64,000 nt of DNA from Octopus sinensis. Lineage: Eukaryota. The stretch covers positions 26,660,001 to 26,724,000 of the forward strand of contig NC_043012.1 in assembly GCF_006345805.1 (NCBI RefSeq). The letters are read 5' to 3'. Under the pieces are notes generated by a model that was not told where the DNA came from, made no database searches, and worked only from the letters and a program-made list of their open reading frames with translations. Within the stretch, counting starts at the first letter, position 1, and the number at the start of each line of letters is the position of its first letter. The translations under genes and the position numbers were made by a program. Below are positions 1 to 11,143 of this stretch, one piece after another.

Positions 1-1037
1 GGCCGTATTTGGGTCAATCTGAAGGTGGTCTTAGTCGACGTAAAATGGCAGAAAACATTGGGATCCCACTTTCTACAGTTAATAGAGTGAGGGTGCAATT
101 CACCAGAGAGGGGAAGGAGTCCACATCACCTTGTCCAGGTCGACGAACGCTCTCTAGCAGGACCCTTCGCTTTGCTAAAAGATGTGTGGGGGATAAGCCT
201 CGTCAGTCCCAGAATAGCCGTCAGGTATCTTCACAAACTTGGCGACTATGTCAGAGCAGCGAGAAGGAAGTCACCTCTTCAACTAGCCAATATGAAGCGG
301 AAAAAAGATTGGGCCAGTGAAATGGTGGAAAAGTCACTAGCATTTTGTGACACTGTCATATTCTCTGATGAGTCCAGATTTGCTATATTTTCTGAGAGTG
401 GTCGACTGAGGGTCCGGAGACTCTATGATCAAGAAATTGATATGAAAATGTTGCAGCAAACAATAAAACACGGTTGCTATTCTGTGATGTCTGGGGTGTA
501 ATTTGGAGCAATGGCCAATCAGAGCTAGTGGATTATGAAGGAAAGATAAACTCAGATAAATATATGTCCATATTACAGAAAGGACTCCTTCCAATCTTCC
601 CCGATGGTGACATGAATAAAGAAGACATTTCTGGAAGATGCAGCTCCTTGTCATACAGCTAAAACGACCCAAGATTAGTTGAAAGAGAAAGGCATTAGAA
701 AGCTTCCATGGCCAAGCCAGTCAACAAATGTGAACTCTATTGAACATCTCTGGGGCATAATGGACAGGACATTTCGTAAAAAGAACAAGAAAGCGTCCTC
801 AAATACACATTTTTTGAGATTACTGCATGAAACTTGACATGAAATTCGTTGAGAGAATATTCATCATCAGATCAGCAGCATACTTAAGAGGTCCTTGCAC
901 TGAAAAATACAAAGGACACGTCTACTAGATATTAGATATTCACTTTATAATAATTAACAAATAATTTGAATGTATTATTTCAGATTTAAATAAATTTTAA
1001 CAATTAAAAGAGTATTTATTTACTTCCATTATGTCTG
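1..1037 (+). mobile_element. Degenerate Tc1-type DNA transposon (frameshifted transposase, 5' end outside window)
   Basis: Across frames: HTH-like N-terminus ([20 protein letters not shown]), VIFSDESRF (first catalytic D), VIWSNG, then FLEDAAPCH-like and LPWPSQSTNVNSIEHLW-like motifs near 630-760. The element ends ...ttatgtctg followed by TA and (TA)n at about 1038, as expected for a Tc1 right end. Confidence 0.85.
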
Positions 1038-1062
1038 TATATATATATATATATATATATAT

Positions 1063-1536
1063 AATACGTAAACAAAGTCAAATGCGATACAATAAAATTA
1101 ATTATTATCGCTGGTGTTCTGGGACTCGCCATATATTATTCATATATAAGTACATTAAAAGGCGAAGTGTGTACCAGATACACAAAAGCTGGATAAATTT
1201 AATGAGATGAAAATTAAAAACTTTTACAAACTTAGTTCTTCTTAGACTGCAGTTTCGCCTATTTCAGCAATAAAAATAATATTTATTTACTAGGTAGGCT
1301 TCAGTAAGATTCCTGTTATTATGGGAAGCGCACATTAATAGAGGCACATGCTCTATTAAATTGCTCTTTCTAAACTATTCAAATCACTGCGCAGACTCAG
1401 AACGTACCCGACAAAATAGGGTTTTCTGGTAATCGTCTAACGCTCAAAATTTATCGAGAAAATACGTAAACAAAGTCAAATGCGATACAATAAAATTAAT
1501 TATGATCGCTGGTGTTCTGGGACTCGCCATATATTA

Positions 1537-1546
<10 letters not shown>
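1063..1546. repeat. ~85-bp direct repeat (1063-1148 and 1461-1546) flanking a PLE-tail-like segment
   Basis: aatacgtaaacaaagtcaaatgcgatac...gggactcgccatatattattcatatata occurs twice at offset 398 with about one mismatch. Confidence 0.9.
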
Positions 1547-1578
<32 letters not shown>

Positions 1579-1710
1579 ATATAGTTTTAATCCTTCAGGT
1601 ATTTAATGCTTTTTGGGCCTTACAATCGGCTATATTATTGATTCTGTTATTATCATTTTAATTGTTACACCAGTTAATAACAGAGTCAAATATTTTCTCT
1701 GAATTATTTG

Positions 1711-1789
<79 letters not shown>

Positions 1790-2124
1790 GAGAGAGAGAG
1801 AGAATGAGGGAGATGCAAAACACACACAGACAGAGAAAAATCCTGGCTTTAAGGGTATCACAAAATGCCTAGCTGGAGGCCCAACCTTCCGAGTTCTTTA
1901 GCAATAAGTGTGTGAATATGAGAGGGAAATATATTGAATAAAATCATAATTAAATGATCCTCCTGTATTTTCTTTCACTCAAAGCCAGTAAATGTTCAAC
2001 CCCCTACATATATATAAGTAAATGTAGGATAAGCATGTTAGACACATCAATATATATAGTATATTAAATACATGAAATACAAAAATTGTATAGGTGTATA
2101 CGTATAAAAAGGTCCGACTTACAC

Positions 2125-2300
2125 AGAGTCCAAATAATACAGAGAATTAAAGGGGTTGAAAATAGTATTACAGATCCAACAGCTGTTTCTGGTGCTCCAT
2201 AATAATGTTTGTAGATTGATTCCATTGCATGATGAGACGAGCCTCCGTCTTCAGGAAAGAGATCTTACTTTTGAGGTGTTAAGGGGAAAATGGTTCAAAT
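2125..2300 (-). mobile_element. PLE tail remnant with decayed hammerhead motif; related to 51380-51525
   Basis: Shares gaattaaaggggtt...aacagctgtttctg...ttgattccat with 51400-51490. Minus strand reads CCA GAAA CAGCTG TT GGA. Confidence 0.55.
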
Positions 2301-2461
2301 ATGAAATGATTTTGTGGAGAGCTAAGTGTATTAGAGGGAGTAACTGGGAGGTATTCAGATAGGGAACAGTGAGAGGAGAAAATAAATTTCAAGAGAGAGG
2401 AGTTAAGGAGGTCAGTAAGGATTTATAGTAGTAGAGATGAAAGGTAGGAGGATATATATAG

Positions 2462-2521
<60 letters not shown>

Positions 2522-2608
2522 ATTTAATAAGGGTAGAATTGATATCAATCAATTAAACCAGTGGCCTAACATATTAAAAAATTCGAAGATTAAAATATTT
2601 TTACATAG

Positions 2609-2825
2609 AAGTTTAAAGGACTGACCACTAAAAGTGGACGGTCAACATTCTAGATATAGACGTCAAAAACTCAGCACAAATCAAAGCATTAAAAATAATT
2701 TTTAATGCTTTGGTTTGTGCTGAGTTTTTTTTATTTGAGAACACATTCTTTGTGAAAAATAGCGATTTTGACGTCTATATCTAGCATGTTGACCGTCCAC
2801 TTTTACTGATCAGTCCTTTAAACTT
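2609..2825. repeat. Fold-back inverted repeat with an extra ~38 nt in the right arm
   Basis: Left arm aagtttaaaggactgacc...aaagcattaaaaa pairs with tttttaatgctttgg...cagtcctttaaactt around a ~3-nt loop near 2697. Confidence 0.9.
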
Positions 2826-2993
2826 TATATACATATATATATATATATAAAGCAATAAAGATTCAAGTTAATTTAAATGAATTTACTTGAATATGGTACC
2901 TAACTTAGATGCACCAAAAAAAAACTATACTGTTTAACAATACAGTAATGTGGGGTGATTATAAGCGAGAAAGAAGCAACAAGAATGGATAGG

Positions 2994-3083
2994 TTTTAGT
3001 ACAATCGTTTCATACAAGGACAGGCTTTATTAAAGTTGTAAAAATTACAGCATATAAACGTGTCCCGTACTCATCAGCTAAAA
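2994..3083 (-). ncRNA. Type-I hammerhead ribozyme motif (PLE-associated), near-intact
   Basis: Minus strand: TTTTAG CTGATGA GTACGGGACA [38 nt] TGTCCTTGTAT GAAA CGATTG T A CTAAAA. Both core boxes are intact, stem I is 6 bp, stem II about 10 bp, stem III short and near-palindromic, with a GUA cleavage triplet. Confidence 0.75.
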
Positions 3084-3231
3084 TACATGTGAGTTCTCTA
3101 GACATCCTAGTGGTTGAGGCTATACTAATGAAGTAATGTAGATAATTAAGTACATAAACAGATTTCCAAAGTTCATTAAAGTTCTTTAAAGATGATGTAC
3201 AGTCTTATCACAGAATTTTAAAAAAGTTCTA

Positions 3232-3523
3232 ATAGCATCACAGAGAAGGTGACCTAATCCATAGAGCACATATGAATTTCCAGAGATATGATGAGGGATT
3301 ACATACTCACAGAAGACAAATTTATCCATTGTTAATCACAACGAGGTGGGTCTCAATTCCTGCTTATTAGCATTACAGAGAGGGTGAATTAATCCTTTGT
3401 ATAGATGCACAATTTCCAATGGTGTAGATGTAAGTTTCCAGAGAAATGAAGAGGAATTTCATATTCACAGGCGATAAATTTATCAATGGTTGAACACAAT
3501 GAGGTAGGTATCAATTCTTGTTA
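3232..3523. repeat. Two diverged tandem copies (~135-155 bp) in the PLE tail
   Basis: agcat(c/t)acagaga..gtga..taatcc ... aaatttatc.at.gtt...acaa.gaggt.ggt.tcaattc occurs twice. Confidence 0.7.
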
Positions 3524-6256
3524 TATGATTAGGTATTTGCCACATTAATCACATACTGCTATTTACAAGAGGCTGTAGCTATTTAACTTATAAAGGCTGA
3601 AGGGCCTTCTGAGAGGCCAAGAATAGAAAGGGAAGGGAATAGAAGAAAGAGAGAAAATAAGGGAGGAAGGAGCAAAAAAGGGGGGGGGAAGGGGACTAAA
3701 AGAGAAGAGAAAAGGAAAAAGAGAATAAGAAGAAGAAACAGAAAAAAGAGAAAAGAGAAAGAAATAGGGAAAGAAGGGAAAAAAATAAAATAAAAAAGAG
3801 GGTTCTAGTTATCCAGAAGAATTGTAGACGGCAAGTCTGGTTTTAATTTACAGGCATCTAGGAACTAGAGGAGAATATTATTCTTTGGCCAGTAAAACAG
3901 TTAATTATTGCTGTTGAAATCAGCTATGAATTTAAAGAGAATCTAAAGAGATAACACAGTCAGGGGTTTAGGGGTCAGATGCTAAAATCAAAAGAAAATA
4001 CATTAGGAAAATCTAAGTATAATCTTATCAAATGTCAATAAAACTTACTTATTTAATATTCATTTATTGTCTTAAGGAGTTGCCGTTATTATTCATACAT
4101 TGACGGACTACAGGTCAAATCTTAGAAGATCATTTACAAGGTGTTAGGGGATTGTCTATCATAATGAAGATAATCATATTATCACCGAGGGGTAGCCTTA
4201 TTATTTAATTTTGAAATAGAATTATGGGGCTATAGTATCTCATTTTATTTTATTAGAGTTATGCTACTTAAATTAGATTAAGTTAGGAATTAAAATTAAA
4301 AATTACAATTAAGATTTAAATTAAGAATTAAAAGATTATGAGTTTGAAATTAGATAAAGCCTAAATTAAGCAGGTATAAGTACTATTCATTTCCCTGTTC
4401 TCAAAAACTGATGCAGATATAAGGAAAAAGATAACTGTGGTGTGAGAACTCTTAGTTATCTACTTAAAGCAGTGCTATACTAGTAGAAATCAAGTTATAT
4501 CTATCTATCTAGTTACGGATATTCTAATCATTTAAAATATTTTAAAGTCTTCATTTAGCGTGGACACAACTTGACCTAGTTCGATATGATTATTCAATAA
4601 GTTTCTATGTTTTCTATGCTTTAGAATTTCATACGTCTCCATGGAGCATAGTTGGCAACCAACCTACTATTTTTTACGGAATTGCTCTCCTAACTATTCC
4701 CAATAAGGTTATAATTTTATTATTATTTTTGAGTTCCCAGATTTTGTTTGAAAGTGTGGTGGTACCAGCTTTATGACGTAAGTTAAAAGACGAGATGTGA
4801 TTTCTAACTCTGGCTAGAAAATTAATTGTGCATCCAACGTAAAGATATTTGTTATTCTCCGTGGATATGGTACATTTATAGATTACATTATTTTCCCCAC
4901 ATAGACCAGGTGCCGGGCATTTTGATTTTATTATAATACACACAGGAGGAGCAACTTCAGGCTTTGGATTATTCTTGGGTAGATGTCTTAGGTTCCTATT
5001 ATTTTGATTATCATTTCTATAGTTGGTGCTGATATCTAAGTATGCTATTATTTATTGATCCTTCAGCTTCATCATTTAGGTTTAAAGTCCTACCATGATT
5101 TCTTATATTATTGGTAATGTTACTATTATTGTTAGTCTTTTTTTCCGACTGCATATTGCTGTTATAAATATCACTGATATTTCATTCTCCTTATTTTCTC
5201 CATTAGCCTTATATCTATTATCTCTATTATTAACATTATTACTTCTATTAATATCGGCATTGTTATTATTACTATTAATGTTAATGTTATAGTCATTCTG
5301 TGGTTACTATTTCACCTATGTTTTGATAGTTACTATTGTTGTTTTTATTGTTGGTAGTATTATTATAATTGCTATTGGTATTCATGCTGATATTTTATTT
5401 TTATTTCTATTTCCTGGCTAGTTTAATGTTTTTATTATTAATCTTAGCTATAAAGTGGACATATTTGGGGGGTTGAATAAGAAATCCTAACTGTTTTCCT
5501 AGATATAATTCTATGATATCTATGAGAGATAGGGAAATTTTTTTCCAGAATTACTTTGAATTTGTTCTGTATATCCGATTGTATCGCACAGTTGAAAGGG
5601 ATATTCAGCCATAATATATCTTTTTATTAAATTTAGGGTTCGTAGAATTACTACATTCATCTCACCGGATTTATTGTATTTATTACCATTATTTTTTTTT
5701 TATTTGTGTGCATCTTAGGTTTATCTACTTCAATATTATCCGAGTTACCTATGTTCTGGTCAATGCTTCTATTTGAATTGTTGGGCCTGTGCGCTAGATT
5801 AGCGTTTACCATTAATTTAATTCTACTTTTATTTCGGGCTTGGTCTGTCTTGCTGCTTACGTGATTACTGATAACTTCATTATTAGGAATACTGAGTTCC
5901 CCTTATCAACGAATGTAATCTTTTGGTTGTATCCAGCCTTAGTTAACGCCTCATTATAATGCTCAGAATGGAGTTAAATATATCCTTATTGGATGATATT
6001 TTGAAATTCTTAATGAAATATTTCTTACTAAAGATTCTTTAGTAAGAAATATATCCTTATTGGATGATAATTTTGAAATTCTTAATCCACAGCGGATCAA
6101 AGGCGTTAGCACGTTCTCTCCACCAAACACGGTCCGATGTTGAAGCCATGAGTTTAAGCTTGAGATCATGCTGGTTTGATGAGCCTACTTTGCTACCCTG
6201 GGTCGACATGGCTTGGCCGAAAGTTGCAGTTTTTATACCCTTACCAATGAGTAGTT

Positions 6257-6425
6257 AAGTCAATTACATCGACCTCAGTGCTCAACTGGTACTTATTTTA
6301 TCAACCCTGAAAGTATGAAAGTAATGTCGGCCTCGTCGAAATTTGAACTCAGAACGGAACGAGTCGAAAGAAACATCGCGAAGCATTTTGTTCGACGCTC
6401 TTACAGTTCTCCTCACTCGCCGCGT
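6257..6425 (-). mobile_element. tRNA-derived SINE, family B, diverged
   Basis: Matches the other copies: actggtacttatttt...aatttgaactcagaacg...agcatttt. Confidence 0.75.
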
Positions 6426-6674
6426 TTCCTTGGCTAAATAATAACAGCAGCATGTTGAGGAACAGTACCAAAAGATGCGATGTATGAGGTGAGGAAAATT
6501 ATGAAAACATAGAATGAATATAGGCCTATAAGGAAATTTATCACAAAGCATTAACAGCGAATTTTTGCTCACACCTGTACACATGCACACGCGCATTTAT
6601 ACACTCGCACACACACACACACACACACACGCACACACACACACACATACGCATACACACACACACGCACACAC

Positions 6675-6731
<57 letters not shown>

Positions 6732-6989
6732 CATATATTGATATATACATACATGACAGCCCGCCCACTTGACAACAAGGAAGACTGCCACAATCAACCG
6801 TACATATATACATATACACACACTACATGCATACATATATAAATACATGCATATATATATGTGTGTGTGTGTGTGCGTGCGTATGTACGTGGTGTGTGTG
6901 TGTGTGTACAGCTACTTAGAACACAGATAAATTGATAGATAGATAGATAGATTGATTAATAGATAGATGATATCTGCTGACAGAGAAGA

Positions 6990-7290
6990 CGCATGAGACT
7001 GACGATGATCATGGTGGCGGTGGCAATGATAATGATGATAGCATTGACAACAGAGACGACGTCGGGGATGATGATTGTTGTTGTTGTGGTGGTGGTGGTG
7101 GTGGTGGTGGTGGTGGTGGTACTGGTCGCAACGTTGATATTGATGAATGATGATGATGATGAGGAGGAGGAGGAGGATGCCCGTGATCACGACGATGAAG
7201 ATGATAATAATGGTGGCGATGATAATGATGATGATGATGATGATGATGTCGATGACGATGATAGTGATGCTAGTAATAATGAGTGTGATT
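6990..7290. repeat. Compound (GAT)/(GGT)/(GAG) trinucleotide microsatellite
   Basis: Directly visible. Confidence 0.95.
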
Positions 7291-7544
7291 TCTAACACTG
7301 GCAACCATCCCAACTCTCACCACCACTATCAACCAAGGCTGTACACAAACCAAATTGACCAACGTTCCAAAGAGTAACAAACCACCCGCCACTGGCCTAC
7401 CAACATCCCCGCCTGCCTTCCTCGTTAACTGTCCGACGCTAAAAGCTTTCGCACATTCAGCAATTCTCGAACATTCCTCATTAAAATATTAACGAACACG
7501 AAAATGGGTAGAATGCCATGTATTCAGGGGCGATGAGTTTATTC

Positions 7545-8270
7545 CATTAAATCCACCCCAGCGTTTGACGAAGTTGGGTAATTTGAATTAAACCTTGTCG
7601 GTAGTTAACAAAAACGTGATATTGGATAAAATTAACACCCGTCGAACAAAACGGGTATAGTGAATAAAATTTACCAGGGTATAGTGAATTAATTCCACTC
7701 TAATATTTAATGAGGAAGGATGGAGCAGAAGTAATCCACCCCAGTATTAACAAAAACGGGTGTAATGTTTCAAATCCATTTCAATACTTGATGAAGGTTG
7801 TAGTTGTTTAAATCCATCCCAGTAAATAACTAGTAGGGGCTGAAGCAGATTTCATCCACCCCTGTAATGATGAAAACGGGTATAGTGGATTCAATTCACC
7901 TCAGTACATGACGAAGAGTTTAACGTATTAAATCCACTCCGTAATAAACAAGGACGGGTGGATTAGGTTTAACCTACTCCTTATCGTTGAGGAGGAGTAT
8001 ACTGGATAAAATCCACCCAAATACTTGACGAAGGTTGTAAAATCTACCTAGCGAATGGAATCAAACGGGTGTGTTGACTTAAATCCATCCAGTATTGAAG
8101 AGAGATAGTCTAACCGATAAAATCCACCCCAGTACTAGACGAAGACTAGTGTACTATGTAAGGTTCACTCCAGTAGTTAGTACGCGTAGGGCGAATAATC
8201 CACGCCAGTACTTGACAAGGTAAAATATAGACAATTAAATCCACCCCGGTACTTCAGAAAGCGATAGAAG
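7545..8270. repeat. Degenerate ~39-40-bp minisatellite, about 19 units
   Basis: An AATCCACCCC-like anchor recurs near 7550, 7590, 7630, 7667, 7691, 7733, 7773, 7811, 7853, 7893, 7931, 7971, 8010, 8041, 8082, 8121, 8163, 8197 and 8238. Confidence 0.8.
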
Positions 8271-8607
8271 TTTCTACGCGTTTGCTTGACCTGTTAGAAA
8301 TAACTCCAAAATCTTTAAATCAAACTCTTTGTTTTCTTAAACAAAGGAAAAGCACAATGGACAAAGTTAGTCATAAATATACAATAAGGGCGTGATGATC
8401 ATGTCTGGATTACGTATGATCTTAACTCTGTTCGACTAGCTCCATATCTACAAATGATTAAAATTATTTAGGATCTTTTGTAATGAGAAGAAAAAATTAA
8501 ATACTAATTCTTTCATTATCCTTGAATTAAAATTCAAACTTCTCACTTCGCCATGATTAGGATTCATCTAGAAGTGATTCTTTCCCTGACAATAAGTACT
8601 GTAAAAT

Positions 8608-8707
<100 letters not shown>

Positions 8708-8907
8708 TAATACATTATATTAATTATATATATTATTTGTTATTTATGTATTGGTTTATGTATGTCACTGTTTGAGATGCATAATAGTGCTTTTATCTCT
8801 AATTCATATTTTTATATTTATACTGTGAAATTTGATTTAATACTAAATTGAATTTTTCCCTGTAAGTTTGAAGTTATACTCCCTAATATTATTATTATTA
8901 TTATTAC

Positions 8908-8939
<32 letters not shown>

Positions 8940-8979
8940 GATATATATATATATATTTATATTTATACATACACATATA

Positions 8980-9058
8980 TTCCAAGGTGCCACGCGGTGG
9001 GACTGAACCCGGAACCATGTGGTGGGAAGCAAGCTTTTTACCGTAGAGCCCACGCTTG
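8980..9058 (-). mobile_element. tRNA-derived SINE family A, head only
   Basis: Reverse complement of the ccacatggttccgggttcagtcccac...ggcaccttgg head seen at 56884. Confidence 0.8.
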
Positions 9059-9985
9059 TGTCTATTATAAATTTTTTCCAAAAAGACCGTTGAACAGGTA
9101 GAATCGGTACAGCGTCGGAGAAAATGCTTTGCGGTATTTCTTCCGACTCCTTACATTCTAAGGACAAATCTCTCAGAAGTCAACATCGCTTTTCCTTCCT
9201 TCGAAGTCTTTTCGCATTTTCTTTATTCCTCTGATGTCGCTTATGTCAATAAAGTACCAACCAAATACTGAAGATGAGGACATTGACTAAAGCCTAGCCC
9301 ATCAAAATTGCTGGCTTTGGGGTCTTCATCAAAAATTAATTGGTGTGAAAAATATGTGAAGTAACGTTTGGTAAATTCGGAAGAAGTGTGACAAACCGCA
9401 AAGCTGCTCGTCATGTGACATTTATCATTTTGTAAAGAGAATAGGAAACATTGGACCATATTACACTTACTTCTTAAGGCTATGCTTGGAAGGTATGTCA
9501 TCGTAATCTGCTTGATTAGAGCTGATGTAGAGATAATTAATTACTTCCACAACAAAAAGATGGGCGCGTTAGATAATGTAATACTATGTTATGACTGAGA
9601 ACGGGAAAGCGAGGTTGTCGTTCCTGGAACGTCAGTGATTTATAAGTTTCTCGATTGGAGCTGACTTGCGAACGCGCACATATGTTTATGCATATAACAC
9701 GCACACAAACACACACGCACAAACACAGACCCACCTACCTACACATAAGTGTGTGTATACGCACATCCATGCATATATGTACATATGTATATATACATAT
9801 ATATTTTTCTGTATATGTGTATGTGCACATACATATACACAAGCATAGACACATATGCACTCACACACACAGACACAGACACACAGACACATACACACAC
9901 GCACACATATATATATGCGTACGTATTACCCTACATAACTCCATACGTAGATACATACATACGCGCACAAACATACACACACACC

Positions 9986-10034
<49 letters not shown>

Positions 10035-10152
10035 GTATATATATATGTATAGTATATTATATATATATATATATGTATATGTATGTATATATATATATAT
10101 ATAATGTATATGTATATATATATATATAATATATATATATATATATTATATA

Positions 10153-10195
<43 letters not shown>

Positions 10196-10632
10196 TATAT
10201 ATATATATATATTATATATTATATATATATATATATATAATATATATACAGGTGCATAATCAGAGCAAAAATTGAATTTTTTAATATTTAAATATGAAAA
10301 AATTTCATTCCATAATCAAATTCTATGGTAATTTCTTGCAGAACAATCAAGAATTGTAATGTAATTACGATGTTAGAAGATTATATTTCTCGCTCAGCTT
10401 CTACCAGCATCACCTCTCATAAATCTGGCATCGTTCCAAATGTCCTCTATCGTTGCAACTTTGAGGAACTTTCAGGAATACTTTACAGATTATAGGATTA
10501 CAAGCATGAAACACATTGCTTACATGTATTATCAGGCACTGCGTTGGTGTGTGTGACTGTGTGTGGGGGACTTGTGTGTAGGTATGTATCTACCTATCTA
10601 TTAATCTATTTATCTACTTCTGTATCTGCTGG

Positions 10633-11138
<506 letters not shown>

Positions 11139-11143
<5 letters not shown>

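Larger units (their letters stand above)
2845..6086 (-). mobile_element. Penelope-like element, 5'-truncated: thumb/linker, GIY-YIG endonuclease and long 3' tail
   Basis: Minus-strand motifs: RISKLSSNKDIF, HYNEALTKAGY, ILWLNIPFN...KNFPISHRYHRIISRKTVRISYSTPPNM, CPAPGLCGENNVIYKC...YLYVGCT...RVRNHISSF...TTLSNKIWELK, CQLCSMETYEIL...CVH. The coding part ends near 4545. The 3' extent is inferred from the hammerhead and tail. Confidence 0.85.

Noticed and set aside
364-380. CTGATGA in the Tc1 ORF, and other isolated CTGANGA hits
   Set aside because: It encodes FSDES of the transposase. None of these hits has a matching GAAA with stems.
10249-10520. Possible mariner end after (TA)n (TACAGGTG...)
   Set aside because: No matching TIR or convincing transposase motif.
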